From contig JASJHQ010000049.1 in NCBI GenBank assembly GCA_037625715.1, forward strand, positions 1,490 through 65,489: a stretch of 64,000 nucleotides of DNA, given 5' to 3'. This DNA comes from Flavobacteriales bacterium. GTDB lineage: Bacteria; Bacteroidota; Bacteroidia; Flavobacteriales; UBA7312. The notes under the pieces were generated by a model, which worked only from the letters and a program-made list of their open reading frames with translations, searched no databases and was not told the DNA's origin. Made by a program: the position numbers and the translations under genes. Within the stretch, counting starts at the first letter, position 1. Each line of letters starts with the position of its first letter. Below are positions 16,044-26,046 of this stretch, piece by piece.

Positions 16044-17378
16044 TTAAGATAAAAGTTTAAAAATATCGTTTCCGTTTGCATAAAGCACCAGACCCATTAA
16101 TAAAATGATACCGATTGTTTGGGCAACTTCCATTACTTTTTCGTGAGGTTTTCTGCCAGTAATTACTTCGTAAAGTAAAAACATAACGTGGCCACCATCT
16201 AAAGCAGGAATAGGTAATAAGTTAATCACCGCTAACATAATAGAAAGCAAAGCTGTTATTTCCCAAAAGCTTTGCCAGTGCCATTGGTTAGGAAATATTC
16301 CTCCAATACTTATAAAACCTCCAACCGAATCAGGCGATTTTTTAATCAACCTAAATTGTTTGAAGTAGTTATTTATTTCAGATTTAGTTTTTGCAATTGC
16401 CGCAGGAAAAGCAGACAAAAGAGTGTATTTTTCTTCTTCTAATTGGAACTGACTAGCAAAAGGCATTAGGGTAACGCCCAATCTTTCGCTCTCTAGTAAA
16501 AAGTTTAATTCTACCTCTTCTTGGTCTCTTTCCAGAACAAGCTTAACAGAGTCTCCTACTAAGGTAGGAACATAGTCCATTACGTTGCCAGCATAAAACA
16601 TGTCTTTGTCGTTTATGCGTACAATTTTATCTCCTTCTATGGCTCCGTATTGTTGGGCAACAGAACTGTCGGAAAAGCCTGCAATTACGAAAGGAAGATT
16701 AGGGCTAAACAAACGATTTTTGTCTAGCATTGCTAGTTTTACTTCTTCTGTAAATGGGATGTCCACTTTATTTCCTTCTCTTATAACGGTAACTACATTA
16801 GCGTCATTAAGGATTAGCTTTTCTATTACTTCTTTATGAAGGGCTCCATTGGAATGGGCAAATTTTTCTAACTCAACACCATCAACAGAATAGAGCATAT
16901 CTCCGTTTTGGAAACCCGCAACTACTCCAAGAGAATCACAATAAACTCCGGCTTCTGCATTTTGAGCAGGCAAGAATTTTTCGCCATAAGCAAATAGAGT
17001 AAACAGATAAATTACGAAAGCTAAAATTACGTTTACCGTAACCCCACCAAGCATAATAATTAGTCGTTGCCACGCTGGCTTCGATCTAAATTCCCAAGGT
17101 TGAGGAGGTAGAGCCATTTGCTCTTTGTCCATCGACTCGTCTATCATTCCGGCAATCTTTACATAGCCACCTAATGGTAACCATCCGATTCCGTATTCGG
17201 TATCTCCAATTTTTGTTTTAAAAACAGAAAACCAAGGATCGAAAAACAAATAAAATTTTTCAACTTTAGTTTTAAATAATTTTGCTGGTATAAAGTGGCC
17301 TAGTTCGTGTAAAACAACTAATATGGATAAACTTAGTAGTAGTTGAGCGCCTTTTATTATAATAACGGGTATTTCCAT
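16044..17378 (-). CDS. rseP: RIP metalloprotease RseP (site-2 protease)
   Basis: HELGHF zinc motif in the first TM helix, PDZ region, and the C-terminal LNLLPIPALDGGH motif. Confidence 0.9.
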   Translation of the reverse strand: MEIPVIIIKGAQLLLSLSILVVLHELGHFIPAKLFKTKVEKFYLFFDPWFSVFKTKIGDTEYGIGWLPLGGYVKIAGMIDESMDKEQMALPPQPWEFRSKPAWQRLIIMLGGVTVNVILAFVIYLFTLFAYGEKFLPAQNAEAGVYCDSLGVVAGFQNGDMLYSVDGVELEKFAHSNGALHKEVIEKLILNDANVVTVIREGNKVDIPFTEEVKLAMLDKNRLFSPNLPFVIAGFSDSSVAQQYGAIEGDKIVRINDKDMFYAGNVMDYVPTLVGDSVKLVLERDQEEVELNFLLESERLGVTLMPFASQFQLEEEKYTLLSAFPAAIAKTKSEINNYFKQFRLIKKSPDSVGGFISIGGIFPNQWHWQSFWEITALLSIMLAVINLLPIPALDGGHVMFLLYEVITGRKPHEKVMEVAQTIGIILLMGLVLYANGNDIFKLLS

Positions 17379-17384
17379 GTATTT

Positions 17385-18545
17385 TTATTTTATTAATTGT
17401 TGAGCTAATTGACGAGCTTCATGGTCAGAGCTAACAAAATCATCGTAATTCGGATTGGGCACAAAAGTAGCTTTTTCTAAACAATTTTGCACCACATCTG
17501 ACATTTGTAAGAAGCCAACCTTATCTTTTAAGAATGCGTCTACAACCACCTCATTTGCAGCGTTTAGCACACAAGCACTGTTGCCTCCTTTTTCCATAGC
17601 ATGGTATGCTAACGATAAGTTTCTAAAAGTATTACTATCTGCTTTTTCAAAAGTAAGCGATGGGTAATCCATAAAATTAAAGCGCTCAAAAGTGTTTTGT
17701 ATTCTATGTGGGTAGGCAAGAGCGTATTGTATTGGAAGCTTCATATCTGGCACTCCCATTTGAGCCTTCATAGATCCGTCTTCAAACTGAACGATCGAAT
17801 GAACAATCGATTGAGGATGAACGATAACGTCTATTTGTTCTGGTTTTAAATCGAACAACCACTTTGCTTCAATAACCTCCAACCCTTTATTCATTAAAGA
17901 AGCAGAGTCGATAGTAATTTTAGCGCCCATTTCCCAGTTTGGGTGTTTCAAGGCTTGTTCTTTAGTTACGTTTGCTAGCTTTTCAGCGGTCCAACCTCTA
18001 AAAGGTCCGCCCGATGCCGTCAAATAAATTTTCTCAATAGGGTTTTGATATTCCCCTACTAAACACTGAAAAATAGCAGAATGTTCCGAATCAACAGGCA
18101 AGATATTTACTCCGTATTGTTTGCACAAATTGGTAATTAAAGAACCCGCTACCACCAAGGTTTCTTTATTGGCCAAGGCAATCTGCTTTTTGTTTTTAAT
18201 GGCGTTAATGGTAGGCTTAAGCCCAGAATAACCAACCAAAGCGGTTAGTACTAAATCAATAGTATCCATTTCTACTACTTGCGCTAAAGCTTCCTTTCCG
18301 GCATACACCTTAATCTGATGAGGCTCTAAAGCATCCTGAACTTCTTTAAACTTGCTTTCGTCTACAATAACCACACAGTTTGGCTTAAACTCGATCGATT
18401 GTTTGATCAGAAGATCACTATTTCTATTAGCAGTAAGCGCTTCGACTTCAAATAATTCTGGGTGACTTTTAATAACGTCTAAAGCCTGGGTTCCGATAGA
18501 ACCTGTAGAACCTAATATTGCAATTCTTTTTTTCTTATTTGTCAT
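17385..18545 (-). CDS. dxr: 1-deoxy-D-xylulose-5-phosphate reductoisomerase
   Basis: ILGSTGSIGTQALDV NADPH-binding motif, LANKETLV, DSEHSAIFQC, and HPNWEMGAKITIDSA. Confidence 0.95.
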   Translation of the reverse strand: MTNKKKRIAILGSTGSIGTQALDVIKSHPELFEVEALTANRNSDLLIKQSIEFKPNCVVIVDESKFKEVQDALEPHQIKVYAGKEALAQVVEMDTIDLVLTALVGYSGLKPTINAIKNKKQIALANKETLVVAGSLITNLCKQYGVNILPVDSEHSAIFQCLVGEYQNPIEKIYLTASGGPFRGWTAEKLANVTKEQALKHPNWEMGAKITIDSASLMNKGLEVIEAKWLFDLKPEQIDVIVHPQSIVHSIVQFEDGSMKAQMGVPDMKLPIQYALAYPHRIQNTFERFNFMDYPSLTFEKADSNTFRNLSLAYHAMEKGGNSACVLNAANEVVVDAFLKDKVGFLQMSDVVQNCLEKATFVPNPNYDDFVSSDHEARQLAQQLIK

Positions 18546-20034
18546 ATGCTTGTTGAGTTAAAAGCTCGGCGATCTTTCTGTCGTTTGCTAATCTAGGCAC
18601 TTTATTCTGACCACCTAGTTTGCCAACCGATTTCATATACGATCTAAAACCACTCTTTTTTATTGGATTAACAACCAATGGTTGCAATACATTACCTTCG
18701 ATTAAATCGTTGTAATAGCTGTTTTGTATTCTCATTTCCTGATCCAGTAAAGCAGAAAATTTCTTTATGTTTTGGGGCAATTCTTCAAATTCTATTAGCC
18801 ATTCGTGATAAGGAAGCCCTTTTACAGGACTAATTTGAGGGGCAACATGAAATTCGTTTACACCCATTTCCATTGTAGCAACGCATTTTTTCATTGCTTC
18901 TTCTACCTCTTTAGCAATAACGTGTTCGCCAAAGGCTGAGGTGAAATGTTTTATACGTCCGCTAACTACAATTTTATAAGGGTCTCTAGAAACAAAACGA
19001 ACGGTATCACCAATGCTGTAACCCCAAAGGCCAGCGTTGGTGTTTAAAATAAGTGCGTAGTCGACTCCCATTTCTATCTCTTCAAGGCTAAGTCTTGGCG
19101 GATTTTGGTCAAAATAATTTTGTGCCGGAATAAATTCGTAAAAAATACCATGGTCAACGCACAACAACAATCCCTTGTCGTTTTGTTTGTTCTGATAAGC
19201 GATAAAACCTTCGGAAGCAGGATAAGTTTCTATGCTCGGAACGTGCTTTCCGATCAAGTCCAAAAAGCGTTTTTTGTAAGGTTCGAAGTTAACTCCTCCG
19301 TAAATAAACAGACTAAAATTAGGAAACACCTGTGCAATAGATTGATTGCGAATAGAGTTTATTTTTTCGAAATACATCTGAACCCATGGTGGAATACCAC
19401 TAATTATTCCCATGTCTTCATCTATCGTTTCCGCTACAATTTTATCTACTTTTTTCTCCCAATCTTCCATACAGTTGGTTTCGTAGGAAGGCAGATTGTT
19501 AGATTTTAAATACCAAGGTAGGTGGTGAGCTACAATTCCGGATAGTCTGCCAATCGGAGATTTTTTGCTAAAATCGAGAACAGGGCTTCCTTGGATAAAC
19601 ATGTTTTTTCTCTTTAAAAATTCTGTTTTTCCTGATTCGTGGATATAACTAAGAATAGCGTCTTTAGCACATTTTAAGTGAAAGGGCATCGACTCTTTAG
19701 AAATGGGAATGTATTTTTCTCCAGAAGTTGTTCCAGAGGTTTTGCAAAAGTAAAGGGGTTTTCCTGGCCAAAGAATATTTTCCTGACCTTCTAATGTCTT
19801 TTCTACATAAGGCTTTAGATCTTCGTAATCTACAATAGGAACTAAGCGTTTATAATCTTGGTAGGTTTTTATGTTTTTAAAATGATGGTCTATACCAAAT
19901 TGAGTGTTCTTGGCTTTCTTGACCAAACCTTCCAAAAGCTTGTTTTGAGCTATAATGGGGTTTTTAATCCAGAAATTATTTTTTTTATGCACTCTATTTG
20001 AGTACAACACAATAAGGTTAGCAATTATACCCAT
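18535..20034 (-). CDS. GH3 auxin-responsive-promoter family protein (acyl-adenylate-forming enzyme fold)
   Basis: 499 aa. The motif FCKTSGTTSGEKYIP and overall layout are typical of bacterial GH3-family proteins. It overlaps dxr by 11 nt. Confidence 0.8.
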   Translation of the reverse strand: MGIIANLIVLYSNRVHKKNNFWIKNPIIAQNKLLEGLVKKAKNTQFGIDHHFKNIKTYQDYKRLVPIVDYEDLKPYVEKTLEGQENILWPGKPLYFCKTSGTTSGEKYIPISKESMPFHLKCAKDAILSYIHESGKTEFLKRKNMFIQGSPVLDFSKKSPIGRLSGIVAHHLPWYLKSNNLPSYETNCMEDWEKKVDKIVAETIDEDMGIISGIPPWVQMYFEKINSIRNQSIAQVFPNFSLFIYGGVNFEPYKKRFLDLIGKHVPSIETYPASEGFIAYQNKQNDKGLLLCVDHGIFYEFIPAQNYFDQNPPRLSLEEIEMGVDYALILNTNAGLWGYSIGDTVRFVSRDPYKIVVSGRIKHFTSAFGEHVIAKEVEEAMKKCVATMEMGVNEFHVAPQISPVKGLPYHEWLIEFEELPQNIKKFSALLDQEMRIQNSYYNDLIEGNVLQPLVVNPIKKSGFRSYMKSVGKLGGQNKVPRLANDRKIAELLTQQAYDK

Positions 20035-20909
20035 TAAAATAAAATATATTGTTCTGGGTTAATAGCTTCTCCCTTATACCAAAGTTCGAAATGTAAATGG
20101 GGTCCGCTAGACCATTTGCCCGAATTGCCAATAATTGCGATAGGGTCTCCTGCTCCGACGTTATCGCCTTCTTTTTTAAGCAAGACAGAATTATGTTTGT
20201 AAATAGAAACAAGATTGTTTTTATGCATTACAGCAACAACGTTTCCTGTTTCGGCAGTCCAGTTAGCAAATATCACCACCCCATCTAGAGTAGATTTTAT
20301 AAGCTCATTTTCTTTAGAAACAACATCTATTCCGTAATGGCTTTGTTCTTTGTCAAACTTTTCGATTACAATTCCTTCAATAGGTTTGAAAAACAAGACT
20401 TCATATATTTCGTTGGCTTCTTTTTTATTGTTAGAAAAGATGTTGAATTTTTCTTCGGTTTCTATCTGAACTCTTAATAGAGAATCTTCCAAGTTTTTTT
20501 CAAAAACAATATCTTGTCTGATGTCATTATCAGAAATACTATCTAAAAGCGCTTTTTGTACCGGCAAGCCAACTACGATGTTTTTTATATTGGCAAGATA
20601 TTTTTGGTTTTGCTCTAAGTCTAATATTAAAGAGTCTGACATCTGGTTTAGCTCCAGAACTTTTTTTCTTATATCAGAACTAGTGTATCCAGGGATGTAC
20701 TCTCTTATAGGAGTAAAGGAAATAACGGCGCTAGTTCCTCCAATTAAAATTATAATTGAGGATAGCACAAAAATAAAAACACTAATCCTAGAAGCTTTGA
20801 ACGTTAACCTTTCTTCAAAGTTTTCACTATTTAGGATTACCAAGCGATACTTCGCTTTCCATTTTTTCCAAAAATTTCTTTTTTCTTTGTGACTCATAAT
20901 GCTAGGCAA
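20034..20909 (-). CDS. M23 family metallopeptidase (membrane-anchored)
   Basis: One N-terminal TM helix. LytM motifs HYGIDV and GNSGKWSSGPHLHFELW are present. Confidence 0.85.
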   Translation of the reverse strand: MPSIMSHKEKRNFWKKWKAKYRLVILNSENFEERLTFKASRISVFIFVLSSIIILIGGTSAVISFTPIREYIPGYTSSDIRKKVLELNQMSDSLILDLEQNQKYLANIKNIVVGLPVQKALLDSISDNDIRQDIVFEKNLEDSLLRVQIETEEKFNIFSNNKKEANEIYEVLFFKPIEGIVIEKFDKEQSHYGIDVVSKENELIKSTLDGVVIFANWTAETGNVVAVMHKNNLVSIYKHNSVLLKKEGDNVGAGDPIAIIGNSGKWSSGPHLHFELWYKGEAINPEQYILF

Positions 20910-20962
20910 ATATCCAAAATTTTATGTCAACCTCTTTTTTCTTTTTGTTTAATAAAATAAAA

Positions 20963-20970
20963 TAATTTTG
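20963..20970 (+). promoter_or_regulatory. candidate -7 box (TAATTTTG) for sprE
   Basis: TAnnTTTG match 22 nt upstream of ATG 20993. Confidence 0.45.
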
Positions 20971-20992
20971 CAGCTACAAAGTTATCGTTAAG

Positions 20993-23584
20993 ATGTTAAA
21001 CAAACATATATCTAATTTATTAATTGTTATAGGGCTCGTTTCTATCGTAGTACTGCCTTCTTGCTCTACAAGAAAAAGCACTTTTTTTACCCGAACATAC
21101 CACCATACTACTACAAAGTATAATTGGTATTTTAACGGAAATGAAAGCTATAAGGCCGGTGTTAAGAAATTAGAAAAGTCAAAAAAAGAAGATTTTAATC
21201 AAATATTGCCCATTTTTATTCTGCCTTCTCAAAACGAAGTTCAGTCTGTTTCTTCTTCAATGGATAGAGCCATTAAAAAGGGGGCTTCTGCTATTGCAAA
21301 ACACTCTATACTAATTAAGGGTGTCGAGCACAATAAAACCATAGACGAAACCTATTTGTTAATAGGGAATGCTTATTTGTATAAACGCGACTACCTAAAA
21401 GCTATTGAGGCTTTTAGTTTTACCGCAAAACAATTCGAAGGCTTAACAACTGCTTTTCAGGCCAGCATTAATTTGGCAAGAGCCTATGTTCTTAACAAAG
21501 ATTTTGCTTCTGCAGAATTGGTTTTCGACCGATTACTTAGCGATGAGAACTTTCCAATGTCACTTAATAAAGACTTGTCTTTGGTTTATGCCGACTACTA
21601 TTTTCACAAAGGCGAGCTAAGCCTTTGTATTGAAGAGCTTAAAGCTGCTTTGTCTGAGGCAAGTAAGAAGAATGAAAAAATAAGATACTCTTATATTCTT
21701 GCTCAACTTTACTATGAGCTCGAAAATTATGGCGAGGCTAGCAAATACTTTAAATCAGTTATTAAAAAGGGCCCTTCTTATGAGTTTGAATTTAACGCTA
21801 AAATTAATCTTGCTAGGTCTTATGACGTAGCCCAAGGCAATAACCAAGAAATTGAGTCGGAGCTCAATAAAATGATAAAAGACAAAAAGAACAAGGAGTA
21901 TCTTGATGTTATTTATTTCGGTTTAGCGGAACTTAAGTCTAGACAAAACCAAACCAAAGAAGCTATTGGCTTTTACAAACTTTCTGTTTCTAAAAGCGTT
22001 GACAACGATGCTCAAAAAGCACTATCGAGTCTAATTTTAGGAGAAATTTTTTACGAAGACCAGCTTTACAGACCCGCACAGTCTTATTATGATACCGCGG
22101 TTGCCTACATGGATGTAGAATCTCCAAAGTTTAAAAGCGTACAAAAAAGACAAACTACATTAAGCTTATTGATTGAAAATTTGAATGTTATTTCTGATCA
22201 AGATAGTTTGCAAAAGATTGCTGGAATGTCTGAAAGCCAGAGAAATAATTTTATTGATGGCCTAATATCTAAACTAAAAGAAGAAGAAAGGCTTGAAAAA
22301 CAGCAAGCTCAATCGGATAAAAATGAAAGCGCCTTTCTGAACGGCAACCAAAACAATAGAGGAAGCAATCGCCTAAACCAATCTAGAGGTGGTGTTTGGT
22401 ATTTTTATAACCCAACTACTTTAAGTTTTGGCTTTTCAGAGTTTGGCAGAAAATGGGGTAGAAGAAAACTGGAAGACAACTGGAGAAGGTCAAACAAAAA
22501 AAGTTTTGGAATAGAAGAAGCAGAAACGGAAGAAGACTTAGAAGAAGAGTTTGACCCTACAAGTAGAGACTCTTACATTGCCAAGCTTCCCCTTTCAGTA
22601 GAGCAGTTAAAGCTGTCTAATCAGAAAATAATAGAAGCGTATTATAATGCGGCTATCATTTACAAAGAAGACCTTGAGGACCTCGGGCTTTCCTTAAAAA
22701 CGTTTGAAGAGCTAAATCAACGCTTTCCTAAAAACGACAACCAAGTGAAGGTTCTTTATTTTTTATATCGCCTTAACTTATCTTTAGAAAACGAAGACGA
22801 GGCTGCTAAGCACAAAAAAATGTTGCTTAAACTATTCCCTCAAAGCGACTATGCTAAAATTATAAGCGATAGCACCTATTTGGAAACCCTGCAAAATGCC
22901 AAGCCTACTATTGATGTTTTGTACGAAAAGGCTTATAAGAAATACCTAAGCGGTAAATATAAGGCTACTGTTTCTGATTGCGAATTAGCTAACAAAAACC
23001 ATAAAGGAAACCTATTGACTCCACGCTTTGACCTGCTTCATGCTCTAGCTAGCGGATATATCGATGGTAAAAACAAAATGGTTGTTCTGCTACAAAAAGT
23101 AATAGAAACGCACCAAGGTCACGAGGTTGCAGTTTCTGCTCAAGAGATATTAGATCAACTGAATGAGGAAGAATCTTCGACGAGCAACAGCTCTAGCGAA
23201 TCCAAAGAAGACCAAAAGTATACTTACGAGCCTAAAAGCGCCCATTATTTTATTTTGATTTTTAAAGAATTCGATTTGGAGCAAAATATAGCTAAGGCCA
23301 CTCTTTCTGACTACCATAGTCAGTTTTATAGCTTAGACAAGTTAAATATTAGCGCCTTGTTGCTAGACAAAGAAACCAACATGTTGTCGGTTAGGGAGTT
23401 TGAAAACGCAAATAAAGCAATGAATTATTACAACGCTTTTCAGCTTGGAGATGCTAGGGGACCTTTTGGTGACAACTATCAGTCGTTTGTTATTTCTCAG
23501 TCCAATTTCCCTATATTTTACCAATCAAAAGAGATAGAAGAGTATTTGCTAAAATTCAAAGAGTTTTATCAAAGCCAACAATAG
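20993..23584 (+). CDS. sprE: T9SS lipoprotein SprE/PorW-like (TPR-containing)
   Basis: 863 aa. A lipobox (VVLPSCS) is followed by TRKSTFFTRTYHHTTTKYNWYFNG, the conserved SprE/PorW N-terminal signature as I remember it. It also has TPR-like repeats and a central charged region. Confidence 0.7.
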   Translation: MLNKHISNLLIVIGLVSIVVLPSCSTRKSTFFTRTYHHTTTKYNWYFNGNESYKAGVKKLEKSKKEDFNQILPIFILPSQNEVQSVSSSMDRAIKKGASAIAKHSILIKGVEHNKTIDETYLLIGNAYLYKRDYLKAIEAFSFTAKQFEGLTTAFQASINLARAYVLNKDFASAELVFDRLLSDENFPMSLNKDLSLVYADYYFHKGELSLCIEELKAALSEASKKNEKIRYSYILAQLYYELENYGEASKYFKSVIKKGPSYEFEFNAKINLARSYDVAQGNNQEIESELNKMIKDKKNKEYLDVIYFGLAELKSRQNQTKEAIGFYKLSVSKSVDNDAQKALSSLILGEIFYEDQLYRPAQSYYDTAVAYMDVESPKFKSVQKRQTTLSLLIENLNVISDQDSLQKIAGMSESQRNNFIDGLISKLKEEERLEKQQAQSDKNESAFLNGNQNNRGSNRLNQSRGGVWYFYNPTTLSFGFSEFGRKWGRRKLEDNWRRSNKKSFGIEEAETEEDLEEEFDPTSRDSYIAKLPLSVEQLKLSNQKIIEAYYNAAIIYKEDLEDLGLSLKTFEELNQRFPKNDNQVKVLYFLYRLNLSLENEDEAAKHKKMLLKLFPQSDYAKIISDSTYLETLQNAKPTIDVLYEKAYKKYLSGKYKATVSDCELANKNHKGNLLTPRFDLLHALASGYIDGKNKMVVLLQKVIETHQGHEVAVSAQEILDQLNEEESSTSNSSSESKEDQKYTYEPKSAHYFILIFKEFDLEQNIAKATLSDYHSQFYSLDKLNISALLLDKETNMLSVREFENANKAMNYYNAFQLGDARGPFGDNYQSFVISQSNFPIFYQSKEIEEYLLKFKEFYQSQQ

Positions 23585-23623
23585 TTAGCAGAAATAATTA
23601 ACTTTGTATAAAGTAATAAGAAT

Positions 23624-24040
23624 ATGTTCAACAATAAAACAAACACAATGGCTCGACCAAACGAAAATAACGGAGTAGTAAATCACATCGGAGTAGGAAC
23701 TACAATTACTGGTGAAATAACTTCTTCAGGAGACATCCGAATAGATGGAGCTTTAAAAGGTTCTATTAATACAAAAGGAAAGGTGGTCGTAGGAACAACA
23801 GGTATGGTTGAAGGCGATGTCGTTTGTCAGAATGCTGACATTTCTGGAGAATTAAAAGCATCTATTTCTGTTTCAGAATTACTTTCCTTAAAGTCTACCG
23901 CTAAACTTCATGGCGACATCCTAACAAACAAACTTGCTATAGAGCCAGGCGCATCTTTTACAGGTTCTTGTAGTATGGGTGCTGTTATTAAAGACATTAA
24001 TCAAGTTGAACAAAAAGAAAAGCAAGAAAAAACAGCCTAA
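23624..24040 (+). CDS. bactofilin family cytoskeletal protein
   Basis: Beta-helical repeats GTTITGEITSSGDIRIDGALKGSINTKGKVVVGTTGMVEGDVVCQNADISGELKASI typical of DUF583/bactofilin, plus a charged tail. Confidence 0.85.
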   Translation: MFNNKTNTMARPNENNGVVNHIGVGTTITGEITSSGDIRIDGALKGSINTKGKVVVGTTGMVEGDVVCQNADISGELKASISVSELLSLKSTAKLHGDILTNKLAIEPGASFTGSCSMGAVIKDINQVEQKEKQEKTA

Positions 24041-24236
24041 TCGCTTCATTGCTCTAAGCATGTTGGCTTCTCAGATGGGAATTACTATCTATTTGGGAGC
24101 TTACTTTGGTAAGCGACTGGACCAAAATTACCTAAACGAAAAACCTTGGTTTACTATTATAGGAATTCTTTCGGCTTTGGTTCTTTCTTTACTTTCTCTA
24201 ATTAAACAACTCAACCGACTAAATAAAGATGATTAA
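23979..24236 (+). CDS. AtpZ/AtpI-like small membrane protein of the ATP synthase operon
   Basis: A basic N-terminus is followed by LSMLASQMGITIYLGAYFGKRLD and a second TM helix. The start is uncertain: ATG 23979, TTG 24006 or ATG 24060. The first two overlap the bactofilin 3' end. Confidence 0.6.
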   Translation: MLLLKTLIKLNKKKSKKKQPNRFIALSMLASQMGITIYLGAYFGKRLDQNYLNEKPWFTIIGILSALVLSLLSLIKQLNRLNKDD

Positions 24237-24615
24237 AGAATTTATAACTTTTAAGTTGAGGTTATTTCTATTTTTATTAGCGGCTTATTTCATTCATTCC
24301 TTTCTTATAAAAAACCAAATTGATCCTGTTTTAAATAAAATGCTTAATGTGTCTTATTTGGGAAACCTTATTATTACAGCGGCTGTTTTTTTTGTACTTA
24401 CTTTTTTGAAAGAAAAACAAGCTAAAAACCTTGGCTTCATTTTTTTATTTACCAGCCTTTTTAAGTTTGCATTTTTTTATTTTTTATTGGAACCCACTTT
24501 TCAGGCCGACGGCCAAACTTCTAGGTTAGAATTCTTTCTATTTTTTGTTCCTTATTCCTTGTCTTTAATCATAGAGGTGACGGCTTTAGTCAAAACACTA
24601 AACAAGTCACATTAA
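24229..24615 (+). CDS. hypothetical 4-helix membrane protein preceding atpB
   Basis: 128-aa hydrophobic ORF that overlaps the atpZ-like stop by 8 nt. Its position matches the small uncharacterised membrane protein found upstream of atpB in Flavobacteriia. Confidence 0.5.
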   Translation: MIKEFITFKLRLFLFLLAAYFIHSFLIKNQIDPVLNKMLNVSYLGNLIITAAVFFVLTFLKEKQAKNLGFIFLFTSLFKFAFFYFLLEPTFQADGQTSRLEFFLFFVPYSLSLIIEVTALVKTLNKSH

Positions 24616-24676
24616 TGTTCAACAATTTTGTGTTAAAAAAGTCCTCTATTTTATTTTTAGAATAAATAGAAATACT

Positions 24677-24684
24677 TAGTTTTG
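24677..24684 (+). promoter_or_regulatory. candidate -7 box (TAGTTTTG) upstream of atpB
   Basis: TAnnTTTG match 32 nt upstream of ATG 24717. Confidence 0.4.
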
Positions 24685-24716
24685 CAGCGAATTCTATAAA
24701 CACGGCATTTTTGCGA

Positions 24717-25763
24717 ATGATGAAGGCAAAACTTAACATAATAGCAACTCTTTTAGTACTCTTCAGTACTACGGCTTTTGCTCTAGAGCATCCTGACGAC
24801 CATAGCCACGACCATGGTGAAGGCCAAACTATGGATCTAAAGACAGAAATAAAACAAACCATTAAGCATCACTTAAAAGATGCTCATTACTTTGAGTTGT
24901 ATCATGGGCTTGCCATGCCACTTCCGGTGATAATATGGGATAACGGCATTCATTTGTTTATGTCGTCTTCTTTTGATCATGGTCACGCCTTAGCTAATAG
25001 CAAAGGCAATTACTACAACCTTGATCACGGTAAAATTTACAAAACAGATAGCGAAGGACACGTTTTAGACAATCAAAGCATCATAGACTTTTCGATTACT
25101 AAAAACGTATTAGTAATTATTCTAATGTGCGCTTTCTTGCTTATCTCTTTTAGCAAGCTTGCAAGGTCTTACAAAAAAGGCCCTATCCCTACAGGATTTG
25201 GTCGTATACTAGAACCACTAGTTTTGTTTGTAAGAGACGATATTGCTATTCCTAATATTGGAGAAAAGCACTACAAAAAATATATGAGCTACCTATTAAC
25301 GGTATTTTTCTTTATCTGGTTTCTGAACCTTTCTGGAATGATGCCACTTGGGATAAACGTTACAGGAAGCATTGTAGTTACGTTTAGCTTGGCTTTAATC
25401 ACTTATTTTATCACACAATTTACTGCCAACAAAAATTATTGGGGACACATTTTCTGGATGCCAGGAGTGCCTGTTCCTATGAAAATTATTTTATTACCAA
25501 TTGAGTTATTAGGAACAATCATTAAGCCATTTTCATTGATGATTCGTCTCTATGCAAACATTACTGCGGGTCACGTAGTATTGATGTCTCTTATTGGTTT
25601 AATTTATGCAGCACAACATTGGTTAGCAAACGGAGCATTTTTCGGACTAACCTTGTTTTTAGGAGTAATTGAACTACTTGTAGCGTTTCTACAAGCTTAT
25701 ATATTCACCATGTTAACTGCCTTATATTTTGGTTCGGCAGTAGAAGAACATGATGATCATTAA
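24717..25763 (+). CDS. atpB: F0F1 ATP synthase subunit a
   Basis: C-terminal conserved LMIRLYANITAGH (essential Arg) and polytopic TM pattern. There is a long N-terminal extension with a signal-like helix and a His/Asp-rich stretch (EHPDDHSHDHGEG). I prefer ATG 24717 over TTG 24711. Confidence 0.9.
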   Translation: MMKAKLNIIATLLVLFSTTAFALEHPDDHSHDHGEGQTMDLKTEIKQTIKHHLKDAHYFELYHGLAMPLPVIIWDNGIHLFMSSSFDHGHALANSKGNYYNLDHGKIYKTDSEGHVLDNQSIIDFSITKNVLVIILMCAFLLISFSKLARSYKKGPIPTGFGRILEPLVLFVRDDIAIPNIGEKHYKKYMSYLLTVFFFIWFLNLSGMMPLGINVTGSIVVTFSLALITYFITQFTANKNYWGHIFWMPGVPVPMKIILLPIELLGTIIKPFSLMIRLYANITAGHVVLMSLIGLIYAAQHWLANGAFFGLTLFLGVIELLVAFLQAYIFTMLTALYFGSAVEEHDDH

Positions 25764-25801
25764 TTTTTTTAACTGAGTATTAACTTTAATTTTTAACTAT
25801 T

Positions 25802-25996
25802 ATGGATGCTGAAACTTTTGCAATGATTGGTAAAGGACTAATCGTAATCGGTGCAGGTTTAGGAATTGGTAAGATCGGTGGCTCTGCCATGGACGCAATT
25901 GCAAGACAACCTGAAGCGACTGCTAAAATTCAGACAGCAATGATTATTGCTGCTGCATTAATTGAAGGTATTGGATTTGCGGCTTTATTCGCATAA
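25802..25996 (+). CDS. atpE: F0F1 ATP synthase subunit c
   Basis: 64-aa hairpin protein with the GAGLGIGKIGG loop region, the ARQPE motif and the carboxylate in ALIEGIGF. Confidence 0.9.
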   Translation: MDAETFAMIGKGLIVIGAGLGIGKIGGSAMDAIARQPEATAKIQTAMIIAAALIEGIGFAALFA

Positions 25997-26008
25997 CCAA
26001 AACATTTA

Positions 26009-26046
26009 AATCAAGACTGTAAGGGTTGCTTACAGTCTTGATTTTT
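26009..26046 (+). terminator. strong terminator-like hairpin between atpE and atpF (internal attenuator)
   Basis: Perfect 15-bp stem AATCAAGACTGTAAG / CTTACAGTCTTGATT with a 5-nt loop GGTTG, followed by a T-run (26042-26046). It starts 13 nt after the atpE stop. Confidence 0.6.

Noticed and set aside
19105-19509. 134-aa plus-strand ORF antisense to the GH3-family gene. Similar shadows occur at 20521-20892, 49882-50247, 50871-51176, 51702-52106, 52179-52403 and 27291-27605.
   Set aside because: All are fully embedded antisense in genes with unmistakable family motifs. Their translations lack any recognisable motif.
24590-24862. 90-aa minus-strand ORF spanning the atpB upstream region
   Set aside because: It overlaps the atpB start and promoter box in antisense. 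The translation is Trp/Ser/Cys-rich and motif-free.
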